Below are positions 39,571 to 49,016 of a DNA stretch of 64,000 bases, in pieces. The notes under the pieces are model-generated. The model did no database searches, was not told the origin of the DNA, and saw nothing but the letters and a program-made list of their open reading frames with translations. Numbering within the stretch: the stretch's first letter is position 1; each line of letters begins with the position of its first letter. Source of the stretch: Chloroflexota bacterium (GTDB lineage: Bacteria > Chloroflexota > UBA11872). The stretch is from positions 174,564 through 238,563 of the forward strand of contig JAJEDE010000022.1 in NCBI GenBank assembly GCA_022821645.1, written 5' to 3'. Made by a program: the position numbers and the translations under genes.

Positions 39571-40323
39571 CTACGAACTTTGCGGCGTGGGGCGGGTGAC
39601 GCAGACGTAGCGGTTGAGAGTAAAGAGGTAGTCGCCGCGGGTGGCGGTGTGGTGGAGGTCGGCGAGGAAGTCGTCGAGTTGGGTGGGGGCGATATCGCCA
39701 GTTTGGCGGAGCCAGTCGTGGATGACCTGGGCCTGGCGGTGGCCGAGGGTGTGGGGGGCGAATTCGCGTTCGGTGATGACGCGGACGTGGACCTGGATGT
39801 CATGCAGGCCCGCCTGACGCATGAGTGATGGCGCCGCGCGCCCGATCCAGCCGTTGGGTCCGGTGTCGCAGAAGGCACGCAAGACGCGGCGGGCGCGGGC
39901 GGTGTCCTGAGCAGCGTAGACGAGGGTGTCCCAGTCGGTGTCGTCAGTGAGGATGTGGCCGTTGGGCGTGCAGACGCGGGTGGCTTCCTGGAGGTAGCGG
40001 ACTGGGTCTTTGATCCACTCAAGGGACTCGTTTTCGACCACGCAGTCAAAGGTGTCGCTTGGGAAGGGGAGACGCTGGGCGTCGGCGATGGTGGCGTCGA
40101 AGTCGCGGTTGGCGGGGTTCCAGCGGCGCTTTCGTTCAAGGCCAACGCGGCGCGGGATGCCCAGGTCGGCCGCGACTTGGAGCAGGCGGCCGTCACCGGT
40201 GCCGACGTCGAGGAGGCGCTGGGGTTGCGGCGTGGCGAGGGTGAGGAGCCATCCATAATGGGCGCGGAGGCTGGCCGGCATTGAAGCGCGGCACGGGCGA
40301 GCGGCCGACGGGGAATCGCTCAC
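39571..40323 (-). CDS. class I SAM-dependent methyltransferase
   Basis: LLDVGTGDG, ADAQRLPFPSDTFD, DTDWDT. Confidence 0.88.
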   Translation of the reverse strand: MSDSPSAARPCRASMPASLRAHYGWLLTLATPQPQRLLDVGTGDGRLLQVAADLGIPRRVGLERKRRWNPANRDFDATIADAQRLPFPSDTFDCVVENESLEWIKDPVRYLQEATRVCTPNGHILTDDTDWDTLVYAAQDTARARRVLRAFCDTGPNGWIGRAAPSLMRQAGLHDIQVHVRVITEREFAPHTLGHRQAQVIHDWLRQTGDIAPTQLDDFLADLHHTATRGDYLFTLNRYVCVTRPTPQSS

Positions 40324-40389
40324 GGGGAGTGCCGCATGCCGAGCTTTGGAACGACGCCGCGATCACTGATTCCGAGCCGTTTCGCGCGG

Positions 40390-40430
40390 TTGCACGCTGC
40401 GGCTGCTGTAACTACAATGGTGTAGCTACG
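40390..40430 (+). promoter_or_regulatory. brnTA promoter with overlapping operator repeats
   Basis: TTGCAC-N17-TACAAT; TGTAACTACA and TGTAGCTACG near-palindromes. Confidence 0.6.
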
Positions 40431-40431
40431 C

Positions 40432-40734
40432 ATGGTCAGGCGACTTCGATGGACATGGGACTGGGAGAAGGAACGAGCAAATCGAACGAAGCACGGACTC
40501 CGTTTCAAGATAGCGGCTCGCGTGTTCGATGATCCCACGGCCATTTCGCGTCGTGACCCGTACCAAGATGAAGAGCGCTGGCGAACGATCGGGACGGTAA
40601 AAACGTCGATTGTGTTCGTCGTTCACACGTGGCCCGAGGACGACTGGCCGACCGGTGGCGACGCGGGTCGGATCATCAGCGCACGAAAAGCCACGGCTGA
40701 AGAGAGGATGGCCTATGCGGAACGACGTTTCTGA
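40432..40734 (+). CDS. brnT: BrnT family toxin
   Basis: WDWEKERANRTKHGLRF, EERWRTIG, RIISARKAT. Confidence 0.92.
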   Translation: MVRRLRWTWDWEKERANRTKHGLRFKIAARVFDDPTAISRRDPYQDEERWRTIGTVKTSIVFVVHTWPEDDWPTGGDAGRIISARKATAEERMAYAERRF

Positions 40735-41011
40735 CTTCACTAAGGAAGAGTTGGCGGAGCTTGAGGCGCTTGAGGCGTTGCCGGATGACCAGATCGACAC
40801 GTCGGATATCCCCGAGACGCTGGATTGGTCCGGGGCCAAGCGCGGGCTGTTCTACCGGCCTGTCAAGCAGCAGATCACGCTGCGGCTGGACGCGGACGTG
40901 GTGGCATGGTTCAAGCAGCAGGCTCCGGGCGGTCGCGGGTATCAGACGGATATCAACCGCGCGCTGCGTTCGCACGTGCAGCAAGCTGAACGGCAAGCGG
41001 CCGGATCTTAG
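40715..41011 (+). CDS. brnA: BrnA family antitoxin
   Basis: IDTSDIPE, KQQITLRLDADVVAWFK..GYQTDINRALR. Confidence 0.92.
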   Translation: MRNDVSDFTKEELAELEALEALPDDQIDTSDIPETLDWSGAKRGLFYRPVKQQITLRLDADVVAWFKQQAPGGRGYQTDINRALRSHVQQAERQAAGS

Positions 41012-41054
41012 TCACCGCGCACCAGACCGACACGCGTAGCTGAACGCCGCCGAG

Positions 41055-41939
41055 CTACGCGACGGCCGGGATGGCGAGGCGGGGTTCGGCGCGTGGGGGG
41101 CGCTGGGCGGCGATGGCGGCGGTTTGTTCGGCGGCGCCGAGCGGGCGGAAGCGGTTGGCGGCGGAGAAGATGCGGGGGAGGAGGGTGGTTTCGCCAGTTG
41201 ACGGGGCGGTGTGGACGGGCTGGGAGAGGACCCACCACAGGGCCTGGTCGATCTGGGGTTGCTCGCGATGGGGGTCGTACCAGCAGCTGAGTTCCTGGGG
41301 GCCGTCGCCCCAACCGCCGCGGGCGAGCATTTTGATGGTCTGGACGCCGACGTTGCGTTCCCGGCAGGCGTTCAGCAGGGCCTCGGCGTCGCGGCGGTAG
41401 TCGGGGTTGAGGTAGATGGCGGCGGCGAGGGGGAACATGACGGTGTCGAAGTCGAAACGGTTGAGGGCCTCGAGTTGGACGGCGGGGGCGAGGGGGCCGT
41501 GGCCAGTGATGCCGATGTAACGGGTGAGGCCCTGGTCACGCATCTCGACGAGGGCTTCGATGGCGCCGCCGGGTTGGGTGACCTGGTCGAGGTCGTCGAA
41601 ATCGACGACGGAGTGGAGTTGGAAGAGGTCAAAGGTCTCCACGCCGAGGCGTAGCTGGCAGGAGCGGATGTTGTCCCAGGCCTCTTCTCGGGTGCGGCCG
41701 CGGGTTTTGGCGCCGATGAACCAGCCTTCGTCCAGCAGCCGGGGCATCCAGGGGGCCATGTGTTCCATGGCGTTGCCGTAGGTGGGGGCGATATCCAGGT
41801 GGTTGACGCCGGCGGCGAGGGCTTGCTCGACAGCTGTGTCGACCACGGCCTGGGGCAGGTCGGCGCGGCCGAGGCCGGCGGCGCCGAGGGTGACGACGGA
41901 ACTGTGGTGGTCTATGCGGCCGAGTTTGCGGCGTTGCAT
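41055..41939 (-). CDS. aldo/keto reductase
   Basis: GVNHLDIAPTYG, DLFQLH, YIGITGH. Confidence 0.9.
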   Translation of the reverse strand: MQRRKLGRIDHHSSVVTLGAAGLGRADLPQAVVDTAVEQALAAGVNHLDIAPTYGNAMEHMAPWMPRLLDEGWFIGAKTRGRTREEAWDNIRSCQLRLGVETFDLFQLHSVVDFDDLDQVTQPGGAIEALVEMRDQGLTRYIGITGHGPLAPAVQLEALNRFDFDTVMFPLAAAIYLNPDYRRDAEALLNACRERNVGVQTIKMLARGGWGDGPQELSCWYDPHREQPQIDQALWWVLSQPVHTAPSTGETTLLPRIFSAANRFRPLGAAEQTAAIAAQRPPRAEPRLAIPAVA

Positions 41940-42075
41940 GGGTGAGGCCTCGGCGTGGGGGTTTGAGCAGTCTAGATGGTGGCGGGGAATCAGTCTGTTT
42001 CTTGGCACCTGACTCGTTTTCTGTCAGCCTTTAAGTACGAGCCCTCTTCCACGAGTTGGACCTAGGAGTCTGGCT

Positions 42076-42475
42076 ATGACGACTTGTGACTGCTGCTCTG
42101 ATCAAGACCGTGACTGCGGCTGCGACCAGGCCCCTGAATGCTGCCAAGATCCGGAACGCGACTGCTGCTGAGATCACGACGGTGACCGCGGCTGTAATCG
42201 AGAGCCGTGTGTCGGTGTTGGCGAGCAACGGCCGTTGGATGAGGTGGCGAAGGCGCTGACGGGCAAGGCCTACAAGATCTAGGCGCTGATCCCCGCCGGG
42301 TATAGCCGCTCTGAGATTGCGGGATTCCTTGGAATCCGCCACCAGCACGTGCGAAACGTGCCGGTGCGTAACGCATTATGTAAACCCAGCTCCGTCGGCC
42401 CATGCCTACCAAAGCCATCTTTGCAGTTGGCGGCCGTAGGAGGGATGCCGGCGGTGACGGCAAATGGGGCTTGAT
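42076..42475 (+). pseudogene. relic AbrB-VapC module: Cys-rich antitoxin N-terminus joined to a VapC C-terminal fragment
   Basis: In-frame stops at 42169 (TGA) and 42280 (TAG); GYSRSEIAGFLGIR.QHVRNV matches the 43729 ORF; 42419-42475 matches the VapC 3' end (LQLAA..PAVTA). Confidence 0.75.
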
Positions 42476-42613
42476 GGGGCGAGTCTTATGTGCGATGGGA
42501 CGTGGCTGGCCCTGCGCCAGTCGTCATCAAACAGTACAAGACGCGTTCTTTGCCAGAAAACCACTTCTCTGACACACTTTTCTTGAACGTCACCCATACG
42601 TATGCGTGGCCGA

Positions 42614-43240
42614 ATGACCACCTACATCGACGGCTCGCAGCGGCCGCCAGTAGCCCAGGTCACCGCAGGACTGACGAGCAAGGCTGCGAAGATCCGGACG
42701 CTGTTTCGGGCGGGCTATAGCCGCCGGGAAATAGGCGAGCACCTCGGAATCAGCCCTCAATACGTCTACAAAGTCCTCACAACGCCGACCCGAACGTGGA
42801 CGCCGACCAGGGAACCACAGTTGCGTCCGAGGCCGGAAGGGGATAGCGACGCCAGCGAGCGCGGGTCGAGCGCAACGACTCGGCAGATCGCCGACATCAC
42901 GGCCTACGGCCAGGATGACGAGCTGGAACAGGTGCGCATCGTGATTGGGCCTGCGGGTCGGGTCGTTATCCCAGCGGCCTTCCGCAGGGCGCTGGGCGTG
43001 GAGCCGGGTGACGCTGTGAGCATTCGAATGGAGAACGACGAACTGCGCATGGTGAGCTTCGATACGGAGACCCGTCGGCTTCGCGAAACGCTGGCGCGTT
43101 ACGTGCCGGAGGGCGTGAGCGTGGTGGATGAGTTACTCAAGGAGCGCCGGCGGGAGGTGGCCGCGGAGGAGGCCGCCGTTGCGCAGATCAAGGCTCGGCA
43201 GGAACAGGCAGAGACCAGCAAGGTCAAGAATCCCGAATGA
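42614..43240 (+). CDS. HTH plus AbrB/MazE-domain antitoxin
   Basis: KAAKIRTLF..YSRREIGEHLGIS HTH; GPAGRVVIPAAFRRALG AbrB; VVDELLKERRRE. Confidence 0.85.
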   Translation: MTTYIDGSQRPPVAQVTAGLTSKAAKIRTLFRAGYSRREIGEHLGISPQYVYKVLTTPTRTWTPTREPQLRPRPEGDSDASERGSSATTRQIADITAYGQDDELEQVRIVIGPAGRVVIPAAFRRALGVEPGDAVSIRMENDELRMVSFDTETRRLRETLARYVPEGVSVVDELLKERRREVAAEEAAVAQIKARQEQAETSKVKNPE

Positions 43241-43623
43241 GCCGCGTCGTGTTGGACGCTTCGGCGATGCTGGCTTTTACGCTCGGAGAACCTGGCGGGC
43301 AAGTCGTGGAGGGCTACCTGGGCGACGCGCTGGCCTCGCCGGTCAACGTAGCCGAGGTCGGCTCGCGCATGGTTGACCTCGGGATTGCGTGGACCGAGAT
43401 TCGGCGGTCCATCGCCCATATGTCCTTGGAGGTCGTGCCTTTGGACAGAGCCCAGGGATTGGCAACGGCCGGTCTCCGTGACGCCACGCGACATCGCGGG
43501 CTTTCGCTTGGCGATCGGGCCTGTTTGCAGTTGGCGGCGATGCGGGGATTGCCGGCGGTGACGGCGGATCGGGCGTGGGCGGAGTTGGAGGTTGGGGTGG
43601 AGGTGCGGTTGATTCGGGAGTGA
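43237..43623 (+). CDS. vapC: VapC family PIN toxin
   Basis: VLDASA, VNVAEV, GLSLGDRACL, VTADRAW; ATGA coupling. Confidence 0.92.
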   Translation: MSRVVLDASAMLAFTLGEPGGQVVEGYLGDALASPVNVAEVGSRMVDLGIAWTEIRRSIAHMSLEVVPLDRAQGLATAGLRDATRHRGLSLGDRACLQLAAMRGLPAVTADRAWAELEVGVEVRLIRE

Positions 43624-43728
43624 GGCGGCATCAGACCTAGCAAACCTATCATTTGGCTTATACAAGTTTGATTGCCATACTCTGGATACACTGCCAGTTG
43701 ATCGCACGGCGGTCGAAGGATCGTACTG

Positions 43729-44304
43729 ATGGCGCACTGTGAATGCAGCTGTGATGACGGGGCCTGTGTCTGTTCGTATGGCCGGCAGCCGGCGGACGAG
43801 GTGGTGGCCGGGCTGACGACCAAAGCCGACAAGATCCGGGCGTTATTCCAGACGGGGTATAGCCGGTCGGAGATTGCGGGATTCCTGGGCATCCGCTACC
43901 AGCATGTGCGGAACGTGTTGGTGCAGAGCGGGTTTATGGAGACGCAGCTGAGCCGGCCGATGCCGTCCGGTGATGTCGAATTGAAGGACTCGCTGCCGGT
44001 GCTGGTGCGGACGGCGCTCGGGCCGGGGGGACGGGTGGTGATTCCGGCGGCCTATCGGAGGGCGCTTGAGGTTGACGAGGGCGATTACATCGTGATGCAG
44101 ATGGATGGGGACGAGTTGCGGGTGGTGAATGACGAGAAGGAGTTCGCGCGCGTTCAGGAGATGATTGCCAGCTACGTGCCCGAGGGTGTGAGCCTGGTGG
44201 ATGAGTTGATTGCTGAGCGGCGACGGGAAGCCGCGGCCGAGGAAGCCGAGATTGCCGAGATAAAGGCAAGGCAGGCCAGATCAGCGGCGACGGAGCCCAA
44301 GTGA
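43729..44304 (+). CDS. HTH plus AbrB/MazE-domain antitoxin with Cys-rich N-terminus
   Basis: MAHCECSCDDGACVC leader; HTH; GPGGRVVIPAAYRRAL; LVDELIAERRRE. Confidence 0.85.
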   Translation: MAHCECSCDDGACVCSYGRQPADEVVAGLTTKADKIRALFQTGYSRSEIAGFLGIRYQHVRNVLVQSGFMETQLSRPMPSGDVELKDSLPVLVRTALGPGGRVVIPAAYRRALEVDEGDYIVMQMDGDELRVVNDEKEFARVQEMIASYVPEGVSLVDELIAERRREAAAEEAEIAEIKARQARSAATEPK

Positions 44305-44687
44305 GCCGGGCCGTATTGGACGCCTCGGCCATCCTGGCGCTTTTCCGCAGGGAACGTGGCGCCGAGGTGGTGGCGGGCTACCGGGGCGACGCCGTTGCTT
44401 CGTCCGTCAATGTCGCCGAGGTCGTTTCCAGGCTCTCCGATGAGGGACTGAACCCGACGCAGTGGCACTACGCCGTTACGATGCTTGAACTCGAAGTCGT
44501 TGCCTTTGACGAGAGCCAGGCAATTGCGTCGGGACGGCTTCGAAACTCGACGAGGCACCGAGGGCTCTCGCTGGGCGATCGGGCCTGTTTGCAGTTGGCG
44601 GCGCAACGGGGGTTGCCGGCGGTGACAGCAGATCGGGCCTGGGCGGGGTTGGACGTTGGGGTAGAGGTGCGCGTGATTCGGGACTAG
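44301..44687 (+). CDS. vapC: VapC family PIN toxin (paralog)
   Basis: VLDASA, VNVAEV, GLSLGDRACL; GTGA coupling. Confidence 0.92.
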   Translation: MSRAVLDASAILALFRRERGAEVVAGYRGDAVASSVNVAEVVSRLSDEGLNPTQWHYAVTMLELEVVAFDESQAIASGRLRNSTRHRGLSLGDRACLQLAAQRGLPAVTADRAWAGLDVGVEVRVIRD

Positions 44688-44706
44688 GCGGGTTGGCACG
44701 CTCCAG

Positions 44707-45741
44707 TTAGCCGCAGACATCGCGGAAGACGCGGAGGTGATTGAGGCCCAGGAATCTACGAAGGTCGGGCTCGGACCAGCCGCGGCCGGCGAGGCCCTGG
44801 GTGATCCGGGGAACTTGGCGAGCGTCGTCCAGCAGGTAGGAGCCGCCGTCGAAGTCGGAGCCGAAACCGACGTGGTCGATGCCGGCAACGTTGACGGCGT
44901 GTTCCACGTGGTCGAGGTAGAGCTCAAGGGTGGGGTTGGTCCAGTGCACGAAGTGGTGGACGCAACTAACGCCCACCACCCCGCCGCCGTCGGCGATGGC
45001 CTTCATCTGGTCATCGTGGAGGTTGCGGCCGTGTTCGTTGAGGGCGCGGCAGGAGCTGTGGCTGGCGACAACGGGAGCCGTGCTGGCCTGCATGGCGTGC
45101 CAGAAGGCGGGGACGCTGAGGTGGGAGACGTCGACCAGCATGCCGAGATCGTTCATGGCGGCGATGAGGTCGTGGCCGAACTCGGTGAGGCCGCCGCCGG
45201 AGTGGTGGGCGCGCTCGCCGTCGCCGGCGTAGGTGCGGATGGAGTGGGTAATGGTCATGGTGCGGACGCCCACCTGGTAGAGCATGGGCAGGACGTACAG
45301 GCTGCGTTCCAGGGCCTCGGAGTTCTCGATGGCGAGCACGACGGCGACTTTGCCGGCGGCCTTGGCGGCCAGGATGTCGTCGGCGCTGAGAGCCAGGGCG
45401 ATTTCGTCCGAATGGGCCTGGATTTCGGCGTGAAACCAGCCGAAGCCATCCAGCACATAGGCCAGGTGGTTGCCCCACGCGCGGGTGTTGTCCACGGCAA
45501 AGTAGCCGCAGTCCAGGCCGCCCGCGCGCATGGCGGGCAGGTCGGACTGGATGCGGATTTCAGCAGTGTCAACGGGTCCGCGCAAATAGCCGATCAGGCT
45601 CTCGGGGGAGTCACGGGACAGGGCGTCGGGCCCGGCCATGCTCTGCCCATCACGACGGATAAGGCCAACGATGGTGTCGTTGTGGGAGTCGATGACCAGG
45701 GCGTCACGGTGAAGCGCTTGCCAGTCGTAGTCAGGGGTCAT
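44707..45741 (-). CDS. membrane dipeptidase (M19 family)
   Basis: IDSHND, AIEN, LVDVSHLS, ASHS, GSDFDG. Confidence 0.92.
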   Translation of the reverse strand: MTPDYDWQALHRDALVIDSHNDTIVGLIRRDGQSMAGPDALSRDSPESLIGYLRGPVDTAEIRIQSDLPAMRAGGLDCGYFAVDNTRAWGNHLAYVLDGFGWFHAEIQAHSDEIALALSADDILAAKAAGKVAVVLAIENSEALERSLYVLPMLYQVGVRTMTITHSIRTYAGDGERAHHSGGGLTEFGHDLIAAMNDLGMLVDVSHLSVPAFWHAMQASTAPVVASHSSCRALNEHGRNLHDDQMKAIADGGGVVGVSCVHHFVHWTNPTLELYLDHVEHAVNVAGIDHVGFGSDFDGGSYLLDDARQVPRITQGLAGRGWSEPDLRRFLGLNHLRVFRDVCG

Positions 45742-45799
45742 GGGTTGGCTGTCTGAGGGGGTGTGCTGGGTTGGATGGTGCCATGTGGGGCGAAGATGA

Positions 45800-46129
45800 T
45801 CAGTCTCCGGACGGTTCTCGCAGCCAGGCCGGGATGTCGCGGGCCGCGTGCAGGACTCGCCAGACGTCGATGTCCTCTTCCCGTTCGACGTTAAAGACCA
45901 GAAAAGGAAAGTCCTTGACCACCCACGAGCGAAGGCCGGGCAGGGACAGTTCGTCCGCGTAGCGGGGCGAACCGCCGGCCGGATGATCTGCCACTTGGCG
46001 GAAGGCATCTTCCAGTGCGTCGATAAAGGCCAGCGCAACCGACGCTCCAGCCTCGGTCAGATAGTGCTCGACCGCCTCGTCGACATCGCGCCTCGCGAGT
46101 TCGCGAAGTTCGACAGGCTTTTCGGTCAC
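45800..46129 (-). CDS. parE: ParE/RelE family toxin
   Basis: ARRDVDEAVEHY, GSPRYA, FPFLVF, VWRVLHAARDIP. Confidence 0.9.
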   Translation of the reverse strand: MTEKPVELRELARRDVDEAVEHYLTEAGASVALAFIDALEDAFRQVADHPAGGSPRYADELSLPGLRSWVVKDFPFLVFNVEREEDIDVWRVLHAARDIPAWLREPSGD

Positions 46130-46365
46130 CGCCGGCCGGCTTCGCGGACGCGATCGCGAAGCTGGCCGAAATAGTCAGAGTCAGCAGTAACCGCCGGCGG
46201 TGAGGCCGCGCCTTCGAGGAGGAGGCCGCGCAGGTGCTGACGATCCTGGTCTTTGCGGATCAATTCGCGGACGTACTCGCTTGACGAGCTGTAGCCGCGG
46301 GACCTGACCTGCCGGTCCACAAAGGACTTGAGGGCCTGGGGGAGCGAGATGTTCATGGTGCTCAT
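46126..46365 (-). CDS. parD: ParD family RHH antitoxin
   Basis: MSTMNISLP..GYSSSSEYVRELIR..LLLEGAAS. Confidence 0.92.
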   Translation of the reverse strand: MSTMNISLPQALKSFVDRQVRSRGYSSSSEYVRELIRKDQDRQHLRGLLLEGAASPPAVTADSDYFGQLRDRVREAGRR

Positions 46366-46511
46366 GAAGTGACGCTAGCGGCCTTGGCAAAGTTTGGCAA
46401 GACGCAAGATCTGCCCTGGAGTAGCTTTCTTCCTCCAAGCATTGGGGATTGATCGACTGACTTCCCAGGCGCCTTGCATCGACCCCTTGGATACGACTAC
46501 CGCCGGGATCG

Positions 46512-47180
46512 TCAGTCGGGTGTCTTTCGTGGATTCTTCACACCAGTGGCTAGCTTATTTCGGGTCTCGCGTTTCACTCGGGCCGCCAGGCGATCCTCAT
46601 TCGTTGTCAGGAAGTGTCGGACAGCCTTGGGGTCGTGGGGGGCCAGCACTCGCAGGGCCCAGGAGAGAGCTTTGACGACCATGTCGTCGCGATCGTCGGC
46701 CAGTAATTCGCAGACGGCGAGCGTGCGCGGAGCATCGCCGTAGCCGCCGCGAGTCTTCGTATTCAGGCCGACGGTGGCGACAAGCGCGGTGCGCCGCCAC
46801 CAGCGATCGGGGGACCTGGCCCAGCGGTGGACGTCCTGATCGCTGATCTGCCGTTTCACCCAGGCGGGGCCGGCCACGTACCCACCGAAGACATCGACCG
46901 AGGCCCAGTCGGCGAGGCCCCGGCCGAGGTTCTCGATAGTTGCAGCGTCGAGCGCCCTGAGGGTGGGGCGGTGGAAATGTACGATCTCGTAGGCCCAGAT
47001 TCGCAGGTCCAGGTCTATCAAGAGCGCGGCCAACTCAAGCACCTGTTCCGGCTGGGCGCCTGCGATTTTCCTGGAGAATTCGCGGCGGATGGGCCGGACA
47101 CGCGGCACCGTTGGGGAGGGTAGGGCGTCGACACGGGCGCGGAATTCGCGAGCGAGGGACTCGGCGTTGAGGGATTCCAT
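46512..47180 (-). CDS. DNA alkylation repair protein (AlkD-like)
   Basis: DWASVD, WARSPDRWWRR, DDMVVKALSWALR. Confidence 0.85.
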   Translation of the reverse strand: MESLNAESLAREFRARVDALPSPTVPRVRPIRREFSRKIAGAQPEQVLELAALLIDLDLRIWAYEIVHFHRPTLRALDAATIENLGRGLADWASVDVFGGYVAGPAWVKRQISDQDVHRWARSPDRWWRRTALVATVGLNTKTRGGYGDAPRTLAVCELLADDRDDMVVKALSWALRVLAPHDPKAVRHFLTTNEDRLAARVKRETRNKLATGVKNPRKTPD

Positions 47181-47210
47181 CGTAGATTCCTGAGATCGGC
47201 CTGGGCGCAC

Positions 47211-47633
47211 TCAGCGATTAGCCCAGGGGTCAATCACGTCAATCCCACTCCCCTCGAAGCCGGCGACGTCCCGGGTTGCCACTGACGCTCCTCGGCAACC
47301 GGCTATGGCCGCGATCTGGCAGTCGGCGTGGTTGATGGGACGGCCGGCAGCGCGTCGAGCGGCAGCTATAACGGCGTAGGCCTGAGCCGCCACACGGTCA
47401 AAGGGAAGGATACGGCCGGCGAAGTCTTCCGAGAGCATTCCTTCAATCTGGTCCAGCAATTGGGTTCGTCGTTTACCGGGTGGGAGGATTTCCACGCCGT
47501 AGCGCAACTCGGCTTCGCTGACGGTGGAGAGGAACAACCGTGGAACCGACTGTCCGGCCACCCAGTCCATGACGCGGGAACTGGGATTTGGGCGCATCAA
47601 CTCCGAGACGACGTTGGTGTCCAGGACGATCAT
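47211..47633 (-). CDS. vapC: VapC/FitB family PIN toxin
   Basis: MIVLDTNVVSE, AELRYG, DCQIAAIA, ATRD, IDPW. Confidence 0.93.
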   Translation of the reverse strand: MIVLDTNVVSELMRPNPSSRVMDWVAGQSVPRLFLSTVSEAELRYGVEILPPGKRRTQLLDQIEGMLSEDFAGRILPFDRVAAQAYAVIAAARRAAGRPINHADCQIAAIAGCRGASVATRDVAGFEGSGIDVIDPWANR

Positions 47634-47643
47634 CGCGGCCGCA

Positions 47644-47889
47644 TCAGTCGAACCGAGGCGGCTTGCGCATGGGTGAGCGAGGCGGCAGGTCCAGTTCGAC
47701 GCCGCCCAAAGGCGCGAACCGAGCACGGATCGCGCTTGCCAGATTCTCCGGCGCCGCAGGCTGGGTGTTCAGCGCCGTCCGCAGGATGTCGCGGGCTTCC
47801 TCCTCCATGGACCGCCCGTTCTCAGCCGCCCGGACGCGCAACCGCTGCTTCAGCCCTTCGTCGAGGTTGCGCACGATGATGCTGGCCAT
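47644..47889 (-). CDS. FitA-like ribbon-helix-helix antitoxin
   Basis: MASIIVRNLD..LRVRAAENGRSMEEEARDIL. Confidence 0.9.
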   Translation of the reverse strand: MASIIVRNLDEGLKQRLRVRAAENGRSMEEEARDILRTALNTQPAAPENLASAIRARFAPLGGVELDLPPRSPMRKPPRFD

Positions 47890-47919
47890 TAGAGAGCCTC
47901 CGTGTCCGACACCACAGCA

Positions 47920-47950
47920 TGATAGCAATGATTGCATTGATATCAATGCA
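47920..47950. promoter_or_regulatory. FitAB-type operator
   Basis: TGATAGCA half-site plus perfect 18-bp palindrome TGCATTGATATCAATGCA upstream of the antitoxin. Confidence 0.65.
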
Positions 47951-48021
47951 TATCCCCGACGGAGCGCTTGTACTTTCCGACCGACTACGGCCCTGAAACG
48001 TCTGACCTGGAAGGCTGGGCG

Positions 48022-48834
48022 TTAGACCTCGAGGCCGGTCATCCGGCTGCTGGCCGAACCGGGGAGCTCAATGGAAAGGCCGCCGTCCACCACCAGCGAT
48101 TCGCCCGTCACGAAGCTGGCCAGGTCGGAGACCAGAAACAGCACCGCGTTGGCAATATCCTGCGCGTCGCCCCGGCGGCAGATCGGGTTCTGAAGAGCCT
48201 GGCGTTCGTCCAGCTCGGGCGTAGGCGCAAGGGCGGCGGCTTCGTATTTCACGTCGGTCATGATGCCGCCGGGCAGGATGCTGTTGGCGCGGATGCCGTG
48301 TTCGCCATAGGCCACGGCCACGTTACGCATCAGGCCGTTGATCGCGGCCTTGGCGGCTTCGTAGGGGCCTTCGATCGCGTTGGCCTGGATGGCGTGAGCG
48401 GACGAAATGCCAACGATGGACCCGCCGCCCCCGGCGATCATGTGGGGAATCGCCAGCTTGCAGGCCATGAAGTGGGACTTGATTAGCACATCCTGGCTGC
48501 GGTCCCAGTCCGCCTCGGTCACATCCACCAGCTTGTCGTGCGGGTGCCAGCGGGCGTTGTTGACCACCGCATAGACGCCGCCAAACGCTTCCAGAGCGGT
48601 CTGAACCATCGCTTCGCAGCCGGCCATGGTCCCCACGTCCGCGTGGACATAGGCCGCGCGGCCGCCGGCGTCGCGAATCTCGGCTTCAACGCGCTGGCCG
48701 CGGTCGTCGTTGAGGTCCGCCAACACCACCGGCATGTCGTGGCGGGCCAGGGTCACGGCCGTGTTGCGGCCAATGCCCTGGGCGGCCCCGGTAACGATGG
48801 CGACGCGGTCCTTCAGTTCAGCAAAGGGGAGCAT
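48022..48834 (-). CDS. SDR family oxidoreductase
   Basis: TGAAQGIG, NNA, YEAAK, IRANSILPG, VDGG. Confidence 0.93.
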   Translation of the reverse strand: MLPFAELKDRVAIVTGAAQGIGRNTAVTLARHDMPVVLADLNDDRGQRVEAEIRDAGGRAAYVHADVGTMAGCEAMVQTALEAFGGVYAVVNNARWHPHDKLVDVTEADWDRSQDVLIKSHFMACKLAIPHMIAGGGGSIVGISSAHAIQANAIEGPYEAAKAAINGLMRNVAVAYGEHGIRANSILPGGIMTDVKYEAAALAPTPELDERQALQNPICRRGDAQDIANAVLFLVSDLASFVTGESLVVDGGLSIELPGSASSRMTGLEV

Positions 48835-49016
48835 GGGCCGGTTAGCTATCCGTTAGTGATGTGGAACGTGCACGCGCTTCACTCTATACGTCTTTTCCGC
48901 GTGCTGCCGACCCGTCGGGCCTCCACCCCAAAACCACCGCCACGTCCTCAGGCATCAATCTCCGCGGCCCCTCCCCATCAAGCCCCCCAAGCCAACAACC
49001 CCACCGCCCCAACCCA

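Noticed and set aside
42169-42171. Selenocysteine read-through of TGA after Cys-Cys
   Set aside because: The TGA occupies a non-Cys position in the repeat unit, and a TAG and a frameshift follow, which indicates pseudogenisation.
40432-47889. Integron cassette array
   Set aside because: No integrase or attC-like structures recognised, and gene orientations are mixed.
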